Shown here: positions 24,880-32,000 of the stretch, in pieces
Numbering within the stretch: position 1 is the stretch's first letter
Layout of the letters: each line of letters opens with the position of its first letter
Assembly (NCBI RefSeq): GCF_000008665.1
Contig: NC_000917.1
Coordinates: 1,110,001-1,142,000 of the forward strand
Reading direction: 5' to 3'
Source of the DNA: Archaeoglobus fulgidus DSM 4304
GTDB lineage: Archaea; Halobacteriota; Archaeoglobi; Archaeoglobales; Archaeoglobaceae
Length of the DNA: 32,000 bases
Notes under the pieces: model-generated
Databases searched by the model: none
Told to the model about the DNA's origin: nothing
What the model saw: only the letters and a program-made list of their open reading frames with translations
Position numbers and translations under genes: made by a program

Positions 24880-27800
24880 ATGCCGAAGAGAGAGGATATA
24901 AGGAAAATCATGGTCATAGGGAGCGGGCCGATTGTCATAGGGCAGGCTGCGGAGTTTGACTACTCAGGAAGTCAGGCGTGCAAGGCTCTGAGAGAAGAAG
25001 GCTATGAAGTTGTGCTGGTCAACTCAAATCCAGCAACCATTATGACTGATCCAGAGATGGCGGACAGAGTTTACATCGAACCGCTGGATGCCGAAATTGT
25101 GGCGAAAATCATAGAGAGGGAAACTCCTGACGCCCTTCTCCCAACTCTCGGAGGGCAGACCGCCCTGAACCTTGCTGTGCAGCTCACTGAAATGGGAGTT
25201 CTGGACAAATATGGGGTTGAGCTCATTGGAGCGAAGTTTGAGGCAATAAAGAAGGCTGAGGATAGGGAGCTTTTCAAGGAGGCTATGAGAAAAATAGGCC
25301 TTGACGTGCCAAAAAGCGATGTTGCCCATGATGTCAGCGAGGCCTTGGCCATTGCCGACGAAATCGGCTATCCAGTAGTTGTCAGGCCAGCTTTCACCCT
25401 CGGAGGGACGGGAGGTGGAATAGCCTACAACAGGGAGGAGCTTAGAGAGATTGCTGAAAGGGGAATAAAAATGTCTATGATCAATCAGGTGCTCATTGAG
25501 GAGGGAGTGCTGGGCTGGAAGGAGTTCGAGCTTGAGGTTATGAGGGACTTGGCTGATAATGTCGTCATAATCTGCTCCATCGAGAACTTCGACCCCATGG
25601 GAGTTCACACAGGTGATAGCATCACCGTTGCTCCAGCCCAAACGCTGACTGATGTTGAGTACCAGTATCTGAGGGATGCTGCAATCAAAATCATCAGGGA
25701 GATTGGCGTTGAAACTGGAGGTAGCAACATCCAGTTTGCAGTCCATCCTGAAAACGGCAGAGTTGTTGCCATAGAGATGAACCCGAGAGTTAGCAGGTCT
25801 TCAGCCTTAGCCTCAAAAGCAACTGGCTTCCCGATAGCCAAGATCGCTGCAAAGCTTGCCGTCGGCTACACCCTCGATGAGATACCCAACGACATAACCA
25901 AGGAGACCCCGGCCAGCTTCGAGCCGACCATTGACTACGTTGTGGTCAAAATCCCCCGATTCGCCTTCGACAAGTTCCCCACTGCTAACCAAGTGCTGGG
26001 CAGCCAGATGAAGAGCGTTGGAGAGGTTATGGCTGTCGGCAGAACCTTTGAAGAAGCTCTGCAGAAGGCAATAAGGAGCCTCGAAATAGGCAGATACGGA
26101 TTGGGGTGCGATGGAAAGGACAAGGAGGTGACGATGGAGGAGATAAGAGAGAGGCTGAGGTATCCAAATGCAAGCAGAGTGTTCTACATCCGCTATGCAC
26201 TGCAGAAGGGGATGAGCGTTAATGAGATTTACGAGCTAACTAAGATTGACCCGTGGTTTATAGACAAAATAAAGAACCTTGTCGAGTTCGAGGAGCAGCT
26301 GAAGCAGATTGCGGAGAGGATGAGCATTGAGGAAGTTCCGAAGGAGATTCTGAAGAAGGCCAAGGAGCTCGGCTATTCAGACAGGCAGCTTGCAGTGATC
26401 TTCAACACCACCGAAAGGGAGGTAAGGAGAGTAAGGAAGGGCAAAGGGCTCAGAGTTGTTTACAAGATGGTTGATACCTGCGCTGCGGAATTCGAGGCCA
26501 AAACGCCCTACTACTACTCCACCTACGAAGATGAGAACGAGGCTTTGAGGAGTGAGAGAAAGAAGGTCATGATTCTCGGAGCTGGCCCGAACAGAATAGG
26601 GCAGGGCATTGAGTTCGACTACTGCTGCGTCCATGCTGTTTTCAGCCTGAAGGATGAGGGATACGAGACGATTATGGTCAACTGCAACCCTGAAACAGTC
26701 TCGACCGACTACGACACCTCCGACAGGCTCTACTTCGAGCCGATAACCCATGAAGATGTCATGAACATCTACGAAAACGAGCAGCCTGAGGGAGTTATAG
26801 TCCAGTTTGGCGGGCAAACGCCGCTCAACATAGCGAGGGAGCTTGAGGATAGCGGGGCGAGAATTCTGGGCACATCAGTTGACTCCATAGACATTGCTGA
26901 AGACAGAGAGAGGTTTGCTGAGCTGCTGGAAAGGCTGAACATCCCGCAGCCAGAGAACGGCATCGCCCACAGCCTTGAGGAGGCCAAGGAGATTGCGAGG
27001 AAGATAGGATTTCCTGTGCTTGTAAGACCGAGCTACGTTCTTGGCGGGAGGGCGATGGAGATTGTTTACGACGAGGAGACGCTTGAGAGATACATAACTG
27101 AAGCCTTGGAAGTCAGCCCTGAGAAACCCATTCTGATCGACAAGTTCCTTGAGGATGCCATTGAGGTTGAGGTTGATGCCCTCTGCGATGGGGAAGAGGT
27201 GGTGATTGGGGGAATAATGGAGCACATCGAGGAGGCTGGAGTGCACAGCGGTGACTCTGCGTGTGTTTTACCACCAGTTTCCTTGGATGAAGTCACCATT
27301 AACACCATTGTCGACTACACGAGGAAGCTGGCCCTCGCCCTCAACGTTGTGGGGCTTATAAACATACAGTATGCTGTTAAGGACGGTAAGGTTTACGTCC
27401 TTGAAGCGAATCCGAGAGCGAGCAGAACGGTTCCCTTCGTGAGCAAGGCTACTGGAATTCCATTGGCAAAAATTGCCGCAAAGCTTATGATGGGCAAGAA
27501 GCTGAGAGAGCTTGGAGTTAAGGAGAAGCTGAAGCTGAAGCACGTTGCTGTGAAGGAAGCTGTGTTCCCCTTCATAAAGCTTCCCGGTGTTGACCCCGTC
27601 CTCGGGCCTGAGATGAAGTCAACGGGAGAGGTTATGGGCATAGACTACGACTTCGGCCTTGCCTACTACAAGGCTGAGCTGGCTGCGGGAATGAAGCTTC
27701 CCCTGAAGGGGACAGTTTTCATCAGCGTAAGGAGGAAGGACAAGAACGACAGGCTGCTTTACCTTGCAAGAAAGTTCAAGGAGCTGGGATTCAGGATTAT

Positions 27801-28110
27801 TGCCACTGACGGGACGAGGGACTTTCTTGTGCAGAATGGTATAGAGGCGGATTTAATCCTCAAGATAAGTCAGGGAAGGCCCAACATTCTCGATGCCATT
27901 GTGAACGGGCAGGTTGACTTAATCATCAACACGCCCTCGGGCAAGAGGGGAAGGACTGAGGGCTACATGATAAGGAGGGCTGCAGTGGATTATGGAGTTG
28001 CCCACATCACAACTCTTGCTGGAGCGATGGCGGCGGTGAGGGCTATAGAAGCAGTGAAGTCGAGAAAGATGGTTGTTAAGTCCATTCAGGAGTACCATGA
28101 GGAGAGCTGA
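24880..28110 (+). CDS. carB: Carbamoyl-phosphate synthase large subunit
   Basis: 1076 aa with duplicated ATP-grasp halves ([21 protein letters not shown] and [21 protein letters not shown]) and a C-terminal MGS-like domain. Confidence 0.97.
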   Translation: MPKREDIRKIMVIGSGPIVIGQAAEFDYSGSQACKALREEGYEVVLVNSNPATIMTDPEMADRVYIEPLDAEIVAKIIERETPDALLPTLGGQTALNLAVQLTEMGVLDKYGVELIGAKFEAIKKAEDRELFKEAMRKIGLDVPKSDVAHDVSEALAIADEIGYPVVVRPAFTLGGTGGGIAYNREELREIAERGIKMSMINQVLIEEGVLGWKEFELEVMRDLADNVVIICSIENFDPMGVHTGDSITVAPAQTLTDVEYQYLRDAAIKIIREIGVETGGSNIQFAVHPENGRVVAIEMNPRVSRSSALASKATGFPIAKIAAKLAVGYTLDEIPNDITKETPASFEPTIDYVVVKIPRFAFDKFPTANQVLGSQMKSVGEVMAVGRTFEEALQKAIRSLEIGRYGLGCDGKDKEVTMEEIRERLRYPNASRVFYIRYALQKGMSVNEIYELTKIDPWFIDKIKNLVEFEEQLKQIAERMSIEEVPKEILKKAKELGYSDRQLAVIFNTTEREVRRVRKGKGLRVVYKMVDTCAAEFEAKTPYYYSTYEDENEALRSERKKVMILGAGPNRIGQGIEFDYCCVHAVFSLKDEGYETIMVNCNPETVSTDYDTSDRLYFEPITHEDVMNIYENEQPEGVIVQFGGQTPLNIARELEDSGARILGTSVDSIDIAEDRERFAELLERLNIPQPENGIAHSLEEAKEIARKIGFPVLVRPSYVLGGRAMEIVYDEETLERYITEALEVSPEKPILIDKFLEDAIEVEVDALCDGEEVVIGGIMEHIEEAGVHSGDSACVLPPVSLDEVTINTIVDYTRKLALALNVVGLINIQYAVKDGKVYVLEANPRASRTVPFVSKATGIPLAKIAAKLMMGKKLRELGVKEKLKLKHVAVKEAVFPFIKLPGVDPVLGPEMKSTGEVMGIDYDFGLAYYKAELAAGMKLPLKGTVFISVRRKDKNDRLLYLARKFKELGFRIIATDGTRDFLVQNGIEADLILKISQGRPNILDAIVNGQVDLIINTPSGKRGRTEGYMIRRAAVDYGVAHITTLAGAMAAVRAIEAVKSRKMVVKSIQEYHEES

Positions 28111-28786
28111 TGAATTGAAAAATCTGGCGAATCTGGACTTTGAGAGGTTTGAAAGGGCAGGAAAGCCGGAGGCAGTTTTTGCAGAGGGTAAGAGCGTTGA
28201 GGATCTTGTTAAAATAGTAAAGCGCTTCATCGAGGAGGGGAAATCCACTCTCGTTACCAGACTCAGCAGGGAGCAGATTGAAGCTCTTAAAAGCTTTGAG
28301 GAGGTAAAGATTAACGAGAGGGGCAGAATAGCTATAGTGGGGAAACCTGTTTCAGCTAAAGCAGGAAAGGTTGCCATTCTCACTGCCGGAACCTCGGACA
28401 TTCCTGTTGCTGAGGAGGCTGCAGTAACGGCAGAATTTCTCGGTCTTGAGGTGCTCAGATTCTACGATGTGGGTGTTGCAGGGCTTCACCGCATTGTTGA
28501 GCCGGTGAAGAGAATCAGGGAGGAGAACGTTGATAGTGCAATTGTTGTGGCGGGAATGGAGGGGGCTCTGCCATCAGTTATAGCAGGGCTTGTTGACGTT
28601 CCTGTTATAGCAGTCCCAACCTCGGTGGGCTACGGCGTGAACCTCGGCGGGATAACCACGCTCTTTGCAATGCTACAGAGCTGCTCCTCAGGTGTGGCGG
28701 TGGTGAACATAGACAACGGCTTTGGCGCAGCAGTCTTCGCAGCTTTAATCTCAAGGGTTAAGAGAAAGGCTGCTGGAGAAGACTAA
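28097..28786 (+). CDS. larB: LarB-type PurE paralogue (nickel-pincer cofactor biosynthesis carboxylase/hydrolase family)
   Basis: [19 protein letters not shown] and [31 protein letters not shown] after an N-terminal [15 protein letters not shown] region. ATG 28097 overlaps the carB 3' end by 14 nt. Confidence 0.75.
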   Translation: MRRADELKNLANLDFERFERAGKPEAVFAEGKSVEDLVKIVKRFIEEGKSTLVTRLSREQIEALKSFEEVKINERGRIAIVGKPVSAKAGKVAILTAGTSDIPVAEEAAVTAEFLGLEVLRFYDVGVAGLHRIVEPVKRIREENVDSAIVVAGMEGALPSVIAGLVDVPVIAVPTSVGYGVNLGGITTLFAMLQSCSSGVAVVNIDNGFGAAVFAALISRVKRKAAGED

Positions 28787-29059
28787 CCTGCCCTCGGAGT
28801 AGACCTCCACCTTCACTTTGCTGCAGTTTAGCGGAATCTCAACAATGCTGCCGTGCAGTAGAGCTTCTTCGCCGCACCCTTTAACCTTCACAGCTGGATT
28901 TTCAAATCCTCTCAGGATTAGCTTTTTTCCCTCGATATCCACTGTCCTCAGTTCGGGATTTGCCTGGCTCATCACGAGGTGATAGGTTGCGAGGCCTACT
29001 AACGCAATGAACAGCACTGCAATTGCTGCACGCATGCAAGCTTGAGTCGACAGCACCAA
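28751..29059 (-). CDS. Hypothetical small exported or membrane-anchored protein
   Basis: N-terminal hydrophobic helix (AAIAVLFIALVGLATYHLV) followed by a beta-rich segment. An alternative start is M9 (29035). Its 3' end overlaps larB by 36 nt. No family recognised. Confidence 0.4.
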   Translation of the reverse strand: MVLSTQACMRAAIAVLFIALVGLATYHLVMSQANPELRTVDIEGKKLILRGFENPAVKVKGCGEEALLHGSIVEIPLNCSKVKVEVYSEGRLVFSSSLSLNP

Positions 29060-29096
29060 ACAAAAACTTTACTTTCAGCTGTGCATTTACACCAAC

Positions 29097-29738
29097 ATGA
29101 TTTTTGCTGCCATAAAAAACCATCCCGCGGAGGGTCTGGGATACCTCGAAGAGGTGCTCAGCAGAGAGGGCGTGGATTACTACTACGTAGAGGCCTATTC
29201 TGAAACAAAAATGGCAGATTTTGACGCTATCGTTATTCTTGGAGGGCCGATGGGAGTTTATGAGGCTGAGAAGTACCCCTTTTTGAAGTGGGAAATGGAT
29301 CTGATAAGAAAAACGTACAGGGAGAAGCCGGTGATGGGAATCTGCCTCGGGGCTCAGCTTATTGCAGCATCTCTCGGCGGAAGGGTTTATCCTTACATCA
29401 TGGAAATAGGGTGGAGAAGGGTCAGAAGGGTGGCGGATGTTCCTCTGCCGGACGAAATAGAGGTTTTCCAGTGGCACGGAGACACCTTCGACCTGCCGCG
29501 GAACGCAGAGCTAATTTACGAGGGGGAGGAGGTGAAAAATCAGTGCTTTATTGCGGAAAAAGCCCTGGGCCTTCAGTTCCACGTCGAGATGACACTTGAG
29601 CTTATTGAGAAGTGGGTTTCAAAGGATAAAACACTGAGTGAGGAGGAGAAAAAGAGAATTGTGGAGGAGAGCAGGGAGAAAATAAAAGCCCACAACGAGC
29701 TGTGCGAAAAATTTGTGGAGTTCTTCCTCACTCTTTAG
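29097..29738 (+). CDS. Class I glutamine amidotransferase (GuaA N-domain-like)
   Basis: MGICLGAQLIA nucleophile elbow and LQFHVEM (His-Glu). Confidence 0.8.
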   Translation: MIFAAIKNHPAEGLGYLEEVLSREGVDYYYVEAYSETKMADFDAIVILGGPMGVYEAEKYPFLKWEMDLIRKTYREKPVMGICLGAQLIAASLGGRVYPYIMEIGWRRVRRVADVPLPDEIEVFQWHGDTFDLPRNAELIYEGEEVKNQCFIAEKALGLQFHVEMTLELIEKWVSKDKTLSEEEKKRIVEESREKIKAHNELCEKFVEFFLTL

Positions 29739-30951
29739 CTTCAATCTCTTTTATTTTCAGGTAGAGCAGTGGGAGGAAGAGGCCCACATCTGTAACGACC
29801 CCTATGGCCTGATGCGTTCCCCTGTCCATGAGCTTCGTCACCGTTGAAGGGTTCATGTCAACGCAGATTGTTTTGACATATGATGGCAGAAGGTTGCCAA
29901 CGGCGATGCTGTGAAGCATCGTTGCGAGCATTATAACCATGTTTATTCCCCTCAGAGCCTCCTTCATCTTCTTCTTCGCCACCATGACGTCTGTGATGAC
30001 CTCAGGAAGCGGGCCGTCATCTCTTATTGAGCCTGCAAGGATGAAGGGAACATTGTTCTTAACGCACTCGTACATTATGCCGTCCTTGATTATCCCCTTC
30101 TCTATGGCCTTCTTTATGCCCCCAGCAGCGATAACCTTGCTTATGGTGTAGAGGTGGTGTCTGTTTCCTCCTGGCACTGGCCTGCCCTTGCAGATGTCCA
30201 TTCCAAGGGAGGTGCCGAAGATTGAGATTTCGATGTCGTGCACGGCTAAAGCATTCCCTGAAAGGAGCAAATCAACGTAACCGTCCCTTATCAGGGCGGC
30301 CAAGGCATTTCTGGCTGAGGTGTGGTCAACTGCCGGACCAGCGACGACCGCAATCTTCCCGCCCTTGAGCTTCAGCTCGTAAATCTCCCTTGCAATTGCC
30401 TCAATCATCCTCTCGGTCGGCCTTTCCGAGGAAACTCTGCCCCCCATGAACTCAAAAACGGTCGATTTTCTCGGCCTCTCTGGAGGGACGACCCTCACAC
30501 CCTTCTCGCCCACCACAACCCTGTCGCCCCTGACGACCTCATCGATTGGTATGCAGTAAGCCCTCCCATCCCTGATAACTATCACTCTGTCCATGCTGAT
30601 GTCCTCAACTGGCAGCCACTCTCCGCCGTATCTAACGAATGTGGGGTGGTTTGTAGTCACATAAAAGCCGTCGGGGAGAACCTTGTCAGCAGGAGCTTCG
30701 GCTAGCTCAACCTCCTCTATATCGGGAATCCTCGCCCCTATTTTGTGAAGCTCCTTCAGAATCTGCTCAAGGTGAGCGTCATCCCTCCCAAAGACTATCA
30801 TCCTTGCATAGCTCGGGTCATCTTTCTTTTTACCTACTCTGAACTCCAGAATCTCGAACTCGCCATCAAGGTCGAGTATAATGTCCAGTGCCTTCGTAAA
30901 AATCATGGAGTCAATCAGATGCCCCTCAAACTCAACCTCTCTTGCCTTCAT
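29728..30951 (-). CDS. TIGR00300 / LOR-SDH-like family protein (family linked to ornithine cyclodeaminase-type activity)
   Basis: 407 aa. From memory, the family resembles the LOR/SDH conserved region (VVAGPAVDHTSARNALAALIRDGYVDLLLSGNALAVHDIE...GGNRHHL). The assignment needs an HMM check. Confidence 0.6.
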   Translation of the reverse strand: MKAREVEFEGHLIDSMIFTKALDIILDLDGEFEILEFRVGKKKDDPSYARMIVFGRDDAHLEQILKELHKIGARIPDIEEVELAEAPADKVLPDGFYVTTNHPTFVRYGGEWLPVEDISMDRVIVIRDGRAYCIPIDEVVRGDRVVVGEKGVRVVPPERPRKSTVFEFMGGRVSSERPTERMIEAIAREIYELKLKGGKIAVVAGPAVDHTSARNALAALIRDGYVDLLLSGNALAVHDIEISIFGTSLGMDICKGRPVPGGNRHHLYTISKVIAAGGIKKAIEKGIIKDGIMYECVKNNVPFILAGSIRDDGPLPEVITDVMVAKKKMKEALRGINMVIMLATMLHSIAVGNLLPSYVKTICVDMNPSTVTKLMDRGTHQAIGVVTDVGLFLPLLYLKIKEIEAKE

Positions 30952-31718
30952 ACAATCACCCTCATCAGGTAATCCCTGCTTTCAATTATGGATTTTTCCT
31001 CTCTTGTCTCAATGGTTAAAAAACCTGTGTATCTGTTCAGGTTGAATTTACTCAAATCAACAGTTCCGCGGCCGAGAGCTAAATGCTGGTCTGCGGTGCC
31101 GTCGTTGTCGTGCAGGTGCATGTTAACAACTCTGTCGAAGTTTTTGAGGAAGAAGGGGTTTTCCCGTATGTTGTAGTGCCCTACGTCTATCGTGAGCCCG
31201 AGTGTGGTTTTGCCCATTATCTCATTCAAAGCCCTCTCCAGACCGTCTTCTATCATGATAGTGTTTTCGAGAGCGAGCTGAACTGGGCAGGTTTTTACGA
31301 AGGGCAGGAACTCATTCAACAGAACGCTCTCGTTGTGCCTGTCGAAAAGGGATTTGTTGAAGTAGAAATTGCCGTTGTTTATGAAGGCCGGATTCCAGCC
31401 TATGTGGAACGTCACCACCTCCGCCCCGCACTTCTCGGCAAAGTAGCAGACCTTGCTCATCTCCTTGTAGCTGGCCTTTCTCATCTCATTGCTTATCGAA
31501 ATGAAGTTCGTGCTCGTTGCCGGGGCGTGGATGAGCAAGTCCAGATCATAGCTCCACTTCAACTCAATTACCTCAGCAAAGCTCAGATTTTCAAGAGAGT
31601 AGAGGGGGTGGTCCATCAGAATCTCGACATGGGTGAAACCGTTGTTTGCGGCGAACTCAAAGGCCTCTTTCGGAGAGTGCCTCACATCGGGCTGCATTCC
31701 GAGCTTCGCCGATATCAC
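30948..31718 (-). CDS. Xylose-isomerase-like TIM-barrel protein (sugar phosphate isomerase/epimerase / AP endonuclease 2 superfamily)
   Basis: FTHVEI, ...VTFHIG..., LALEN and HLHDNDG metal-ligand-type blocks. The GTG start overlaps the argB stop (GTGA), and the stop overlaps the next ATG (ATGA). Confidence 0.7.
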   Translation of the reverse strand: MISAKLGMQPDVRHSPKEAFEFAANNGFTHVEILMDHPLYSLENLSFAEVIELKWSYDLDLLIHAPATSTNFISISNEMRKASYKEMSKVCYFAEKCGAEVVTFHIGWNPAFINNGNFYFNKSLFDRHNESVLLNEFLPFVKTCPVQLALENTIMIEDGLERALNEIMGKTTLGLTIDVGHYNIRENPFFLKNFDRVVNMHLHDNDGTADQHLALGRGTVDLSKFNLNRYTGFLTIETREEKSIIESRDYLMRVIV

Positions 31719-32000
31719 GGTTCCACCATCGTCCCGATTCCCTCTTTAGTGAAAAGCTCTATCAGTATGGAATGGGGACGTGAGCCGTCGATTATGTGGG
31801 CCCTCTCAACTCCGCTTTTCAGAGCCTTAATGACGGCATCGACCTTGGGTATCATGCCTCCCCTTATGACTCCCTTGCTTCTCATGTTCTCGAGCTCTGA
31901 CAGCCGGATTCTGGAAATCAGCGTTGATTTGTCATCCGGATTCTCGAGTATTCCCGGAACGTCGGTTAGCATGATGAGCTTCTTCGCCTTCAAAGCTGCA
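31715..32000 (-). CDS. argB: Acetylglutamate kinase, C-terminal part (5' end outside the window)
   Basis: LIMLTDVPGIL...GGMIPKV...AHIIDG...LFTKEGIGTMV are amino-acid kinase family C-terminal motifs. The frame stays open to the window edge. Confidence 0.88.
   Translation of the reverse strand, partial: AALKAKKLIMLTDVPGILENPDDKSTLISRIRLSELENMRSKGVIRGGMIPKVDAVIKALKSGVERAHIIDGSRPHSILIELFTKEGIGTMVEP

Noticed and set aside
25024-25746. 240-aa ORF antisense to carB. Similar cases are 24301-24819 (172 aa) antisense to carA and several 60-150 aa ORFs antisense within carB.
   Set aside because: These ORFs lie opposite genes with unmistakable full-length homology and contain no recognisable motifs. 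Their composition is biased towards Ser, Leu, Pro and Arg, as expected from the reverse complement of a codon-biased gene.
28073-28096. N-terminal extension of larB, from the ORF-track start at 28073.
   Set aside because: The extra residues lie inside carB. ATG 28097 is sufficient, although either start is possible.
28896-28909. GGATTTTCAAATCC, reminiscent of a tRNA T-arm.
   Set aside because: The flanking sequence contains no acceptor, D or anticodon arm. The site lies inside an ORF.
28902-29477. 191-aa minus-strand ORF overlapping the GATase gene.
   Set aside because: The opposite-strand product has clear GATase motifs (GICLGAQL, QFHVE), and this ORF has none.

Overview
Densely coding archaeal (euryarchaeal) chromosomal window with about 38 protein genes. 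I saw no rRNA, tRNA, CRISPR array, transposase or integrase. The GAGGTGA-type Shine-Dalgarno sites, leaderless-looking promoters, SRP19, PAC2 and THUMP-methyltransferase genes, and my recollection of the SRP19 sequence suggest Archaeoglobus fulgidus or a close relative; I cannot verify that here.

Left to right:
- hemC (5' partial) and cobA.
- A K+ module: an RCK_C regulator and a CPA2 antiporter, lying tail-to-tail with a pore-only K+ channel ORF.
- A MiaB-like methylthiotransferase.
- A minus-strand string: DUF554 protein, Cys-tailed membrane protein, 129-aa hypothetical, PAC2, and a carboxyltransferase lacking a biotinyl domain.
- A small acidic ORF and a GNAT.
- A long minus-strand string: purQ, a CBS-ParB fusion, SRP19, a THUMP methyltransferase, an orphan receiver and argF.
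- An internally deleted acyl-CoA synthetase.
- A FadH-like flavoenzyme and a poly-Fe-S protein, transcribed divergently from a Cys-pair ArsR-type regulator.
- An MBL hydrolase and a membrane protein.
- A roughly 2.1-kb AT-richer, poorly coding segment containing a decayed ABC transporter.
- A tightly coupled string: arsR-like, purE, purC, carA, carB, larB.
- A GATase.
- A TIGR00300-like gene, a TIM-barrel gene and argB (partial).

I did not recognise a clear-cut new multi-gene system such as a defence island or mobile element. The most second-look-worthy items are:
1. The decaying AT-rich segment at 19.9-22.0 kb.
2. The regulator-led pur/car/larB string, with a palindrome between its TATA box and start codon.
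3. The CBS-ParB/Srx fusion next to SRP19.
4. The Fe-S/flavoenzyme pair with a cysteine-pair ArsR regulator.
5. Genes that have lost their catalytic core: two with an intact reading frame (K+ channel, acyl-CoA synthetase) and one also frameshifted (ABC ATPase).

All functional calls rest on motif recognition by eye and need HMM or BLAST confirmation.
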